NCBI RefSeq assembly: GCF_009914755.1 | Contig: NC_060945.1 | DNA length: 64,000 nucleotides | Strand: one strand, 5' to 3' | DNA from: the human T2T-CHM13v2.0 reference genome, Homo sapiens | Program-made: the position numbers and the translations under genes | Notes under the pieces: model-generated | Seen by the model: the letters and a program-made list of their open reading frames with translations, nothing else | The model's database searches: none | What the model was told of the DNA's origin: nothing | Part shown: positions 45,935-62,087 of the stretch, piece after piece | How the letters are laid out: every line of letters starts with the position of its first letter | Position numbering within the stretch: the stretch's first letter is position 1

Positions 45935-47346
45935 CTTTAATTCTTTACTTGGGGTTCAGGTGACAACATATTTCTTATTTACAAATCTTACTTAATCTCA
46001 CTGATGCTGTCACTGGCAAACTGACCCACCTTGAATGAAGCCTCCTCCAACAAGTCTGGAATCTGTCCGAATTTAAATTAACAGGTGCTCCTATAAATTC
46101 CCTCAGAGAACACACTGTGGATGCTTCAGCAACCTCTTCCCATGCCTCCTGAATTATCTGGGTTGCATATGGTAGCCATAAGTTGTCCATGGGCCTCTGA
46201 TGTAAAAAACAAACCTGCCCCCTTTTGACCCTGTGCTGTACAGTATCAGGGCAGTGATTGCTGACCACATACTGGACCACTGGAAACAGAGGGCTCTGCG
46301 TCCATGTCCATGAGCCTTCATGCCCATCTGGCCATCAAGCCTTGGGAAGCAGCACCCCACAGGCTTGGCACAGCTGCAGATACCTTCTTGCCTCAGGATG
46401 GAGTCAAACCTGGACCCCTTGACATTCTCATCTGCAGGAAACCCTGGCCTCATTCATCCTCAGGCTGTGGTGCTGGTACTGGCCTCCTTCATCCTCAGGC
46501 TGGAAGTCACCCATCTCTGAGGTCCCTTGGGATCGACTGAGTGACCAGCAGTGAAGTTCGTCCACCTTCTGAATGGATGCCATCATCGGACGTGGTGGAG
46601 CTCAGTGGGATGCTGCTGCCTTCCCTCCCTTAGCTAGGATGTCCCTGATAAAGGATGACACATAAGCCCCAGCACGACTGGCCAAACTTGAGATGGTCAT
46701 CTCAACACTGATGCTGTGCCAGCAATTAGCCCCATTTGTACATTTTTAAAAACTTTTTGGCAATTGCCAAGAATTGTTCACCTTCCCTCCTCATTGAATT
46801 AAAGAAACTTCTTGTCTCATGGATACTCAGAATACCAATCAAGGTAACAGACGGCTTTTTTTAACCAAGGACACAGTGCGGATCTCACAGGGACACTCCT
46901 TATCCCCTGCAGAGTTCCAGACACTACTGATGGTGACCAAGGCAACATTTCATCAGAAAACACAGTGCTGGGCTTGTGAAAAAGGTGTCCAGTAGAGCTT
47001 CCACTGCCCCTATAGGCTGCAGGGAGTTGCTTTAGTTGAGAGATAGACTGAGCTCCTCAAAGAATTCCTATTTAAGTTACAAAGCAGTGAGTGGATGCCC
47101 TGCTGGGTTCCACTGTTGCCACAGGCTTTGATTACTCTAAGTTCATGCTTCTTAGGAAAGTGCACTTTTTACACCAATGCTACACAGTTCCCTCAGGTGC
47201 CTTTACTGGACATCAAGGAGTTCACATTTTTGACAACCATTTAGTCCTAGACTGTCCAAGGGGTGCAGGTAGCTCCGTACAGGAAGCTGCCTGCTGCTTG
47301 TGGATCAGTAATATCAGACTTGCCCAACAACTCACTAGAGACATGA

Positions 47347-47499
47347 AAACCAATGCATGGGGGATGCATGACGTCACCCAAATATTTATGAACACGCTTA
47401 TGCTGCCAGAGACTCTAGATCTCTAAACCAATGCATGGGGAATGTATGACATCACCCAAATATTTATCAACATGCTTGTGCTGCCAGAGACCCCAGATC
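47347..47499. repeat. 78-bp tandem duplication
   Basis: aaaccaatgcatgggg...ctgccagagac..agatc x2. Confidence 0.9.
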
Positions 47500-47702
47500 A
47501 GTTTTCCTGCCTCCTGCTAAACAAATGGGGGCAGTAGCTTTGCATCAGCTTCCACATTTCATTACTCATAACTGTGGCCTTCTTAATTTCTCATGTCCCT
47601 AAGCACTTATTACAATGCCTCAACAGCCTTCTCTCAGCTTCTCAAAATATTAGTCATCATTAAAATAAATGTCTGATGTTAAAGCATCAGGGTCAATTGT
47701 AT

Positions 47703-48038
47703 TGTGACACCTAAAATTTCATGAAGCACCCCACCATGTCCTCAGCCTAATGGCTTTCATGCCCCCACCAGACTGCAAAACTCTGAATTAGTCAAGCACA
47801 TCCCTGAAGGGACCAGGGGTTACCCCACCCTCTGATTTCTATCAAGCCTGTCTCCCACACCCTCTGCTCCAGAGCGCAACCCCCGGGTAGACCTGCATAG
47901 ATGCAGTGTCATCCCCTGCTGGGCTGAGTATGTGTGACGAATGAATTACTTTGAATTTCATCTGCTCAGTGTTTGTTTTGCCTGCAGCCATTCCCAGAAT
48001 TCTAGGGCAAGACTAGCTTCTTCGCCAATAGGGTGAAC
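47703..48038 (+). mobile_element. Possible old ERVL-class LTR (MER74/MER54-like)
   Basis: TG...CA ends with terminal agggtgaaca; family recalled only loosely. Confidence 0.45.
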
Positions 48039-48915
48039 AGGAAGGAACCCAACTAGGAATTGCCTTTTTAAAAAAATCCCTTCCCACCCTCTTAATTATG
48101 TAATGCATGCATTTTTATAGCTTTTTTGCTCATTCCATTATCTGAGGTCAGCCACTGATATTTAACCCATCCTTAGCCTCGGAGGAGGGCAGAGGAGCAC
48201 TGGTCATATTGATTTTGCTAGTGGTGACATGATTTCCTCCTGTGCCACTCAAGAGCTCTCCTTCTTTAACTTGATGCTCAGTAGGTTGCATTTCACTCAT
48301 CTTTGCAGATTGTTAGGAAGATGAGAATCAGCTTTCATTTTTGATGTTGCCATAGGGAAGACTCTATGGTAATGTTTATTTGCACAATCAACTTTTTCTT
48401 ATTTTCCCCCAGAAATTGCAAACTCTTATGTGAGAGACAGCTTTCTGGAGTCTGCAAACATAGATTATCTTCTCTCTTTTGGTGGCAAATTTCTTATATC
48501 CCCACCAACAATAAAATAGTTACATATAATTTTGGTATGTCATATTGATTGCCAACTACAAGTAAGAACATTCCTTGATTTTAAATCTAGATTAATTATG
48601 AAAATTTGGGAGCCACAAAAAATTATTGTGTACAAATTTATAGACCTCTTCTTAGGATTAAATGAGTTAATATTAACTAATATTTATTGTGCAGTTAAGG
48701 TATGGCAGAAGCTTCCTATGTAGTATTTCATTTTATACTTAAAACAATATTCCATGCAAAATGCTATAATTTCCCCATGCCTCCAATTTGGACATGATAA
48801 AACTGGGTCTCGTAAAGTTTTCACCCCAGAGTTCTCTGCTTAGTAAGAAGTAGAAGGAAGTCTAAACCTAAGTCATCTGATTTCAAAGCCCATATAGTTA
48901 AAGGCTCTAAATGCA

Positions 48916-49451
48916 GCTTCCCATGGTGATGGTGACTATGAGGGCCTGTCACATATGATGTAGGACCCCAGTGCTTCCCTGTAATATGTGCAGGATTCCC
49001 GTGATGACGGTGACTATGAGAGCCTGTCACATACGATGTAGGACAGTGCTTCCCTGTAAACATGCGCAAGATTCCCATGGTGATGGTGACTATAATCCTG
49101 TCACCTATGATGTAGGCAGTGCTTCCTCTGTAACATGCACAAGATTCCCGTGATAATGGTGACTATGACAGCCTATCACATATGATGTAGAGCCCCAGTG
49201 CTTCCTCTGTAACATGCACTAGATTCCTGTGATGATGGTGACTATGAGATCCTGTCACATACGATGTAGGACAGTGCTTCCCTCTAACATGCACAAGATT
49301 CCCGTGATGATGGTGACTATGAGAGCCCATCACATATGATGTAGGACAGTGCTTCCCTGTAACATGTACAAGATCCCGTGATGATGGTGAGTATGAGAGC
49401 CTGTCACATATGATGTAGGACAGTGCTTCCTCTGTAACATTCACAAGATTC
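48916..49451. repeat. Minisatellite/VNTR, ~75-bp unit x ~7
   Basis: gattcccgtgatgatggtgactatgagagcctgtcacatatgatgtaggacagtgcttccctgtaacatgcacaa; unit starts 48916, 48994, 49070, 49143, 49222, 49297, 49372. Confidence 0.95.
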
Positions 49452-50000
49452 ACCCGTGGATTTATTAAAATGCAAACTCATAGTCCACACTTTGACTAGC
49501 TAAGATAAGAGCATTTAAATGGATGTCCTGGTGACAGTGCTAAGATGCTACTGTTCATGTGGGCACTGGCTCACCATATTAACGAAGCTTAGGACCTCCA
49601 GTCCCTGCTGGAAAAGAAATACAGATACATAGGATGTGACTGTGCATATGGAATATCTGTTGTGTTCTGGACATTGTACTAGACACTAGAGATAAAAAGT
49701 CAAATATTCCTTGCCTCTATCTGAAAGGAGCTTCCTTCTCAGTGGCTTCTGACTGCAGTGTATATTTTCTCTTCTGTCCTGGGTGGGTGAGCTCTATCTC
49801 AATGTTGGTAACTGAACACTGCCCAGTGGGTTTGATGAGGGAGATCACAGCTAGCTGCGCTCCCACATAGCTATGACCATAGCATACCTCGTGATGCCAT
49901 TTCCCCCTTGTCAGAAGTGTCCCTCCAGTATCATACATGCTCCCCATGATTATAAATTCTTCCTCCTTCCACTAAATGTTCCTAAATCTTGCAAAGATAA

Positions 50001-50366
<366 letters not shown>

Positions 50367-50563
50367 AAATTCCTTACTTTTCATGTGTTTAATATTTTCT
50401 CCCAATTTATAGAATATATTGATTAAGAATAAATTTTAGCCACACATATATATTAAAAACTTCATGATATACTTTGCTATTTTTAAATTTCTTATGCTCT
50501 TATAAAATGTGTGTTCTGGACTCATGTTGGCTTCCATTTCTTCCCTCTGGCTTCTATTAGTTT

Positions 50564-50663
50564 AGGCTATGAGCAGAGATGGACAAGGTGGCTACTGTAA
50601 TGGATCAAGGCTATGAGCAGAGATGGATGAGGCAGCGGCTGTAATCGATCAAGGCTATGAGCA
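50564..50663. repeat. 44-bp tandem repeat (~2.3 copies)
   Basis: aggctatgagca at 50564, 50608 and 50652. Confidence 0.88.
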
Positions 50664-50772
50664 TCTTGTGAAGTAGGATGTTAAATCTGTAAATATTAGA
50701 ATGAATCCAAATTTATCAATTCAAAACTGCATTGTAAAACAGCTCAAAACGGACTAAAAACACAGCTCTACA

Positions 50773-51054
<282 letters not shown>

Positions 51055-53179
51055 CTCTAAACGAAGGTGGCTAGAAAATTAGCTCAACTTGTTCCTGTCT
51101 GGTTAAATACAAACATAAATGAACTACTTATATGCCCCAGTGGCTTCATAATGTTGAAAGCAAAGTCAATTGTTCTAGCAGGTTCTGGAAAACTTTATCA
51201 TATCATGGGGTTCAATGAAAATATCAAATCATAAATATAACAATCAAATCTGAAAGTGAATCTAGTTTCAAAGATCTCAGAAACCACTGTGTAGGAAGCT
51301 CTTTTCAGATAGAGACAAGGGATTATTTGACTTCTTATCTCTGTTGTCTAGCACAATGTCCAGAACACAACAGACATTCCATATCCATAGTCACATCCTA
51401 TGTATGTGTATTTCTTTTCCAGCAAGGACTAGAGGTCCTAAGCTTTGTTTATATGGTGAGCCAGTGCCCAGATGAGCAGCAGAATCTTAGCACAGTCACC
51501 TACACACTCATTTCAATGCTCTGTCCCCTTATCCAAGCTAGTCAAAGTGTGGTCTATGGTTTTGCATTTTAAGGAGATCCCCGGGTGAATCTTGTGGCTG
51601 TCAAAGGAGGAGAAGCACTGCCGAAAAGGTGAACTAATTTATTGAGGCAGGCTGGCTATTTATTTATTTATCTTGTTGATGAGAAGATTCAAATTGACAT
51701 ACACAATTACCCCCATAAAGATTTCAGGTAAAAAACAAACAAAGGTTTAGATATCAGATGTGTTTTACAACTACCACACCACTCTTTACTACAGCATCTA
51801 GTAGCACAGAAATTAGGTGAAAATTTCTGTCTCATGAGCCTTCTGTCAGTACTTTTAAAATTGGATACTCAATAAATAGTGGCCAAATTGAATCTCTTAC
51901 AGGCATGTCACTCAAACTGCAGTCATACTTTCCAATAGGCCCCATAAAAATCCTTGTTCTGGAGCAATCTAATATATTTATCCACCTCTTTAGACACTTA
52001 GGTAAGTATAATAATACAAGTTTTTTTTTGTGTGTGTGTGTGTGTATTGTGTACCTTGTGGCCTCTTGCCCAGTTTCGCAACACCTGAAGCTGAGGCAAG
52101 TTTAATGTAAATAACCTCCAGCAATGTTAGAAATGTTGACTTTTATGTGTCCGTCAGGAAAAAAGGATGAATATTATTGTAGAGGAAATTTTCATTTTGG
52201 AAAAAATGAATACTGTTTGAATATTACTTTCATGCTTTCCACAGATATTATACACAGATATTATATTCCAAGGGTTATGTTTCAAAGTCATCAAAAATAG
52301 AAAATACATTGTATATTTCTAGCTGAAAATAATAACAGTAATTAGCCTACTTTTGGGGAAATGTGATAAAAATATTAATGAACATCAAAACTCATTAAAA
52401 GCACAAAATGTGCAATGATTTAAACTACATGTTCTTTATATGAATTATACATGTAGACATATAGACACGTTTGATAAATGTTATTTAAAATCTGAGTGCT
52501 TTGGTAAATGATTCAGTCATCTGTAGATTGAAGGGATTACTTTTATCTGTCTTCATAGTGAGAATTAGATTTCTATTCTTTATAAAGCAGGGAATATAGA
52601 TTGTGCATGGAGTAAAATCATTCAATCCTTATTAATAATGATGGTAGCTGCGCTGCAGAGGAGAAAGACTGTCAGAGTAACGTGTTCAGTTTTACATCAT
52701 AATCAGAGTGTGTCGATCTCTGCTTAAGGCAGAATTAAAAAGTGCTTCAGCATTTTTTAAATAATAGATGAAAAACATCTCAAAGTCACTTTTAAAATTT
52801 GAATGAACAATTCCACATAACAGGAAAAGGACCAAGAACATCTTAAAGAAATATTTCACGATGGAAGTGATGTTTTGAGTGCAATTTCATCAAGGAGAAG
52901 TTTTTCCAGAAAGTCTTTTGACCTCAGGAAGAATCTCATTAGTTTACTCTGGTAAATAGTTTCTAGTAAAATGAGAAAGAGTTGACTTTTTAAAAACAAT
53001 AAAAAAATTACACGGTTTAATCTAATGTTGTGATTTCGAAAGTGCTGCTTGTGCCCTCATAGTTACGCATGTGTATTTATATGCATTTTCATCGCTCACT
53101 CAAACGCCAATAAAATATGTTACTATCCAGGCTCCTTTAAAGCCAAATTAATTTCTAAAAGTGAGGATTGTATGTATTC

Positions 53180-54710
53180 TGTGAGGTGTGTGCAGGTGTA
53201 TGCATGATATGTGTGTGTGGTCTGTGTGTGTAGTAGGTACATGGTGTATGTATATGAGTGTGTGTGGTGTGTATTGTGGCTGTTATGTGTGCATACTGTG
53301 TGTAGCATGTGGGTGGTGCATGGCATGTATATGTGCTGTGTTTGTGGTGTATGTGTGTGTGGTGTGTATGTGTACTATGTGAGATGTGGTGTGCATGTGA
53401 TATGTGTGTGTGGTGTATGTGATGTGTGTGTTTTCTATGTGTATGGTGTTGTGTGTGTGCAGTGTGTGTAGTGATTGATGTGTGCTTGATGTGTTTGTAG
53501 AATGTGTGTGGTGTGGGGTGTGTATGTGAGGTATGTGTTTGCTCTATGTGTGTGGTGTTGTAGGTACGTGTGCAGTGTGTGGGGAGTATGTGTGGGTTGT
53601 GTGGTGTGTGTGGGGAGTATGTAGGGGTGTGTGATGTCTATGTGGCGTGTGGTGCTGTATGTGTGTGATGTATGTGTAGTAGATTCATGTGTGTGGTGTG
53701 GGGGTGTGTGCACATGTGCACATACTGTGTGGTGTATGTGGTGTCTGTGGGGGTGTGTGTGTGCACATGGTGTGTGTACAGTGTGTGGGGTGTGTGCATG
53801 TATACATGGTGTGGGTGCAGTGTGGTGTCTCTGTGTGTGTGGTGTCTGGGGTGTGTGTGCATGTGCACATGGTGTGAGTGTGTGCTGTGTGCATGTATAC
53901 ATGGTGAGCTGTGTGCAGTGTGTGTGGTGTCAGTGTGTGGGTGGTGTCTGGGGTGTGTGCATGTGTACACAGTGTGTGTGCAGTGTGTGGTGTGTGTGTA
54001 CTTGTGAACATGGTGTGGTGTGTGCAGTGTGTGTGAGGTGTGTGTGCAGTGTGTGTGGTGTCTTGGTTGTGTGTACAGTGTGGTGTCTGTGGGGTGTGTG
54101 TGCACGTGCATGGTGTGTGGTGTGTGTGCGTGTGTACATGGTGTGTATGCATTGTGTGTGGCTTCTGCATGTGAGGTGTTGTGCATGTGCACATGACGTG
54201 GTGTGTGCAGTGTGTGGTGTGTATGTGGGTGTGTGTGTGTGCACATGGCATGTGTGTAGTGTGGTGTCTGGTGTGTGGTGTGTGTGGGGTGCATGTGTGC
54301 ACATGGTGTTTGTGTGCAGTGTGTGTGGTGCCTGGGGTGCATGCGTTCACATGGCATGGTGTGTGCAGTGTGTGTGGTGTCTGTGGGGTGTGTGCATGTG
54401 CACATGGTGTGTGTGCAGTGTGTGGGGTCTGTATGGGGTGTATGCATGTGCAAATGGTGTGTGTGCAGTGGATGTGGTGTGTGTGGGGTGTGTGCAGTGT
54501 GTGTTGTGGGGTGTGTGTGCGTGTGCACATGGTGTGTGTGCTGTTTGGTATCTGTGGGGGGTGTGTGTGCACATGGTGTGTGTGCAGTGTATGGTGTCTG
54601 TGTGTGGGGTGTGTGTGCATGTGCACATGGTGTGTGCTGTTTGTGTGGTGTCTGTGTGTGAGGTGTGTGTGCGGGTGCACATGGTGTCGTGTGTGCAGTG
54701 TGTGTGTTAT
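53180..54710. repeat. Degenerate (TG)n-rich low-complexity tract (~1.5 kb)
   Basis: Recurrent gtgcacatggtgtgtgtgcagtgtgtg motifs. Confidence 0.97.
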
Positions 54711-55999
54711 GAGTGACTGTTTCTCTTAGCATGTGGACATCAGTCTTCCAGACCAGCTTTCTCCATGTGTCTGGGAACATAAGAAACAAGTTTCTGCAAT
54801 AATTATTACACAACTTTTCCAGAGAGGGACCAAATTTCTGTCGTAAGTGGTTATCTGCGTCATTTCTCAGGAGGGAATGTGATGTCCTGGCTTGGCTCAC
54901 ACCCTCTGTGGGTTTAGGCAGGGTTCCTGCTGGATCCCTCACTGTGGCCAGAGAGGGAGGGCTCTGTTTCACCACAGGGCACCAGAAGAGGACTGGTGTG
55001 CGAAAAGACCAGGTAATCATAATGCTATTAATAATAGCAGTAATCATACTGTTTTATATATTATATATGTCATAAGGATTTTAACTTTCATGTAACATAA
55101 TTGCTATAAAAATTTCCCGTTTGTTTTGTGCTATTTACCTGGTGTTGAAATGTGTAACAATTTACATTTTAGGTACGTTAGGTTTATTCCTTTTTATATG
55201 GTTTCTGTTTGAAATTTTGATTTTAGAAGACATTCATTCTCAAGGTCATAAAACACACACACATCTGATTTTCTTTTCTTTTCTCTCTCTTTTTTTTTAC
55301 GTTTAATACTGGAATTAACTTTTATGGAAAGTGTGGGACAATGATTCAATTCTATCATTTTATATTCTCAAATCATTACCCAATATTTTAATACCATAAA
55401 TAGAACAATCGCTCTGTTTTGTGGGTTTAAAATGTTACCCTGTTACTAGATAAAATTACACTCAATTTATGTGTTTTTAATTCTCTTTCATTAATGTGTT
55501 TATTTTTGTGCCATTTCAAATTTGTTTAATTTTGAATAGTGATAATAATCTTAAACATCTTTTAGTAAATTTTATAATATTGGCTCTCATTGTGTGTGTG
55601 TTCAATATATGGATTTAAAATCACATGTTCTTGTTCGAAAATATTTTTATTGGAATTTTTAGTGGAATTTGAGCATATTTTTAAATGATTTACAGCAAAC
55701 TAAAAAGCTAATATTTTTGAGTCCTCTCATCCAGGATGTGACATGCAAATTCCTCAAACCTCCTTTAATGCCATTTATTCAGAATTAATATGTTAAATCA
55801 ATATAAATTAGTATAAATGAGTATAACTAATGATTAAAATAAATTAATGTGTTTGGCTCCACTTTTCTGTCTTCTGCCTCCTATCACTGATGTTTTATTC
55901 CTATCCTTGTTGTTTTCTATAGTTTCTTTTATTATGTCTTTTTCAGTCTTGTGATTTGAAAACTATATGACACATTGTAATGTTTTAATTTTTCTAATT

Positions 56000-56868
<869 letters not shown>

Positions 56869-56895
56869 AGTTTTTGTTTTAAGAACTGCAGACAA

Positions 56896-57196
56896 GCTGG
56901 GTGCAGTGGCTGAAGCCTGTAATGGCTGCACTTTTGGAGGCTGAAGTGCCTGGATTGCTTGAGCCCTGGAGTTCAAGACCAGCTGGGCAACATAGTGAGA
57001 TCCCGTCTCTACAAAAAAAAAGTATTAAAAAAAATAGCCAGGCATAGTGCTGCATGCCTGTAGTCCCAGCTACTCAGGAGGCTGTGGCAGAAAAATCACT
57101 TGACCCAGCAGTTTGAAGCTGCAGTGAGCTGTGATCATGCCACTGCACTCTGGCCTGGGCAACAGAGCGAAACCCCATCTCAAAACAAAGAACAAC
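56896..57196 (+). mobile_element. AluJ
   Basis: Full dimer, head-to-head with the preceding Alu. Confidence 0.85.
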
Positions 57197-57203
57197 AAAA
57201 ACC

Positions 57204-59260
<2,057 letters not shown>

Positions 59261-59995
59261 AGCACCCCCGGTGGGTGTCACCCTCCTCCCTCCTGTATTG
59301 AGTTCGCCCGGGAATTGCGCTTCCCACACCCCAAATGCCCTGCACGCCTGGGGCTCTCCCACAGGGGGCTTTCGTGGGCCAGGGAGCAAGGGCCATCCCC
59401 CTGCTCCAGCCCAGCCAGGCTGCGCAGGCAGAAGGACTCTCCCAACCTGCCCGGGCATGTGGGGCTTTGTGTTCGCTGCCCTGGCTTCTCCGGAACTGGG
59501 GCTCTCCCATCTTCAGACTCCCTGCTGGCCTCTGCACCCCAACAAATGACAGGAAGACCAGAACCCGCAACGCGACGGCCTGCTGGGCGCATGCTCAGTG
59601 GGACAGCTTTGGCCCCCTCAATCTGAGTCACAGGGGCAAGGTGTGCTTGCGCCACCCACATCCCACCGGAGTCCGTGATGGGGCTGGAGCCCCAGGGCGG
59701 CGTGGGAACCTGAAGATGGGGCACCTCCACCTCAGGAGCTCGCGACCCCGGAGACCTCAGCGTCAAGCACAGATGCCAGCCAACCGGGCACCTCCCAACC
59801 GCTCCAGGAGCCCGGGCGCTTGTCTGCACTCACCTCCAGCCTGTTAGATGAGCTCCTGTCAACCCCAGTTTCAGCAAAAGGCACAACCTTTCCTAGATCC
59901 GGCACCATTGGGGGAGCTGAAGGACGTGGAAGAGCACGCTTTGCTGGAACCACTCCTCAGCCAGGAAGAACACAGGGCTCTTCTGGAGGAGCAGG
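59261..59995 (+). pseudogene. DUX4L: DUX4-like pseudogene, C-terminal part only (no homeodomains), with frameshifts and stops
   Basis: DUX4-like peptides are spread across frames: [90 protein letters not shown]. Confidence 0.9.
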
Positions 59996-60845
59996 TTGGG
60001 GCGGGATGGGGGCAGGGTGGCGGCCTCTCTTTCGCGGCGAACCTCAGGCTTGGTATGGAGAGGCCTGTCTTCCCTTCCAGCTGACCTGCCTAGGATCCCT
60101 GTGTTCCAGGTCCACCGAGAGACTCCACACAGAGGAGGGCTGTCAAGAATGGCAAGAAAAATTCCTGAGCATCCTGGGGATCCCAGGGCCGGTACAGGTA
60201 CCGGGAGGTGGGCTGTCTACTGCGCATGCACGGGTTTCCAGGCAGCAGCCTGGGTTTTCTAACTAGCGGAGGCGGAGCTCTCATCCCTTTTGCCCCCGCG
60301 TTCTTCAGTCGGGTTGGCGGAGACCTAAGTCCGTGAAACACTGGGCCGGGGCAGAAGCCAGGCCACTTCTTTCTGCGGCTCGACTCCTCTGCCTCTTCGC
60401 TCTCCATCACTTGCCAACCCGTGTCCCGCCAGCCTCCTTGCCAGCACCATGGAGGGCCTTGCAACTAAATGTAGACCCGAGACCCCGTGCAAACAGGGGT
60501 GCTGCCCTTTCCAGGCGAGAGGGAAGGCAGGCAGAGATGAGGACAGGAACGAAGACAGAGTGAGATGGAAGGATGGAGCTAGGAAAGGATGGGTGGAAGG
60601 AGGGACCCCGGAAGGGAGAGAAAGAAGGAGGGAGAAATGGAGGGAAAAAACGGGGGAGGGAGGGAAGAACAGAGGGAAGGATGGACCTAGGGACAAAAGG
60701 AGCAAGAAACAGAGAACGGAAGGCAGAGAGAAAAATGGTCTTCTGCCTCCAGAACCAACAGGACCCAGCACTCCGGGAAAATGTTGGGTGCCCAGAGCGG
60801 GCTAAGTGCTGAGCCCACAGCCCCATTGGCCGGCGGGGCACTCCG
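59261..60845 (+). repeat. Diverged partial D4Z4-like (3.3-kb family) unit
   Basis: DUX4-like 3' region, then a KpnI site GGTACC (60197-60202) followed by GGTGGGCTGTCTACTGCGCATGC, a GA-rich block and CTCCGGGAAAA...GGCCGGCGGGGCAC, as in D4Z4. Confidence 0.8.
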
Positions 60846-62066
60846 CGGCCCTCTGGATCGCCAGCCTGGGTTACTTCATCCCGGAGCAATTCAGACCAAT
60901 TCCGTTTCCAAAGGAATGAGCGAATTTCCCAGAAAGAAATGAGCCGAGACTCAGGTGGCTGTCTGTTTTTCATCCACATGGTTCACAGATGACATATCTC
61001 CACGTTGAGCCCTGCAACAGAGCGCGAGGCGGATAGTAGCATCCACACAGGAGTCACACTCAGGCCAACTGAAGCGTGATTCTGGATTCCACTTTTCTTT
61101 GCCCTCTGCAAAGGTGCCTGTTGCTCAAGTTTCTGCCCCCCGAAAGCGTGCCCATGTTGAGTGTTTGTTTCCCAAGCTCTGTGGGGCCGCAGAAAGTTCC
61201 AGGAATGCGTGGAAGACCAGCATCATGTCGGTGCTCTCCTTTCCAGTTTTCAAACAGGCTATATTGGAGACTCCCCATTTTGCAGGAAACAGGAATCCAT
61301 CGTCAGGCCGTGATGCACGGGATGTTTCTTTTCTCTGTGGTTTCGCTCTCGTTGTCTACGTGAAAATGAACGAGATCCACACACCTGCGGGTGTGAGACT
61401 ATCACGGCAACTGTCACACCCACTCGCTGGCAATAGAGTTGGCAGCCTGATCCCGGGACAAAGGTACTGATGGACATCCAGACACACCCCACCACAATCA
61501 CTGGCAAACTCACTCCCAAACACAGACACACACGGGCATATGCGCGGGATCACAAGCACACACAGAGACACAACAAGACCCAGACAGCTTGAAGGAGAGC
61601 AAGGGACAGAGGGATGGCAAGATAAAAACGGAAGGAGAGAGAGAAACAGCCATCCAGAGACAGACAGAGAGGAACAGGGGAGATTGAGAGAGAGAGAGAG
61701 AGTGAGAGCAAGGTGGAGAGGGAAGTAGAGAAAGGGAAAGGGTGAGGGAGCTAGAGAGGGAGAGCAACAGAGCCTATCTGGTAGACAGGGGCCCCTTTGG
61801 CCAGGGTAAGGTGGAGGGTGCTTGGGCCGGGCTGGAACAGAGGGACAGAGCCGCCCACGCGGGACAATCAACGGAGCCCTGAGACGTGATTTTACTTAGA
61901 TTGGTTGGTTGTTTTGGGGGTGCTTTTCGTAGCGTCATTCCTTTGTTGGCTTCTCCCTGTCCTCTTGGTCTGTGGGCCCTGAAAGTTGTAGAGTGCGCCC
62001 CTCACTGTGGCAGGAGCAGTGGCGCTGAGCGTACCCACGGGTCGCGGCTTGGGTCTCTCTCGTTTT

Positions 62067-62087
62067 CCAGGTGGTGTGGCCGTAGAC
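62067..62087 (-). pseudogene. RNA5SP: 5S rRNA pseudogene stub (first ~18-21 nt only)
   Basis: The minus strand reads GTCTACGGCCACACCACC, versus 5S GTCTACGGCCATACCACC. It is preceded by authentic 5S upstream flank. Confidence 0.75.

Noticed and set aside
48916-49451. CRISPR-like array
   Set aside because: Whole units repeat with no unique spacers, there are no cas genes, and the context is eukaryotic.
54730-55012. Pair of lncRNA exons (tag|...|gtaagt and cag|...|gtaatc)
   Set aside because: The implied intron is only 28 nt, and splice motifs alone are not enough evidence.
53123-55047. Long His/Thr- and Cys/Val-rich ORFs (up to 469 aa)
   Set aside because: Translation of a TG/CA low-complexity tract.
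60407-60979. 190-aa minus-strand ORF as a homeodomain protein
   Set aside because: No WFQN motif; it is mostly the antisense of a GA-rich tract.
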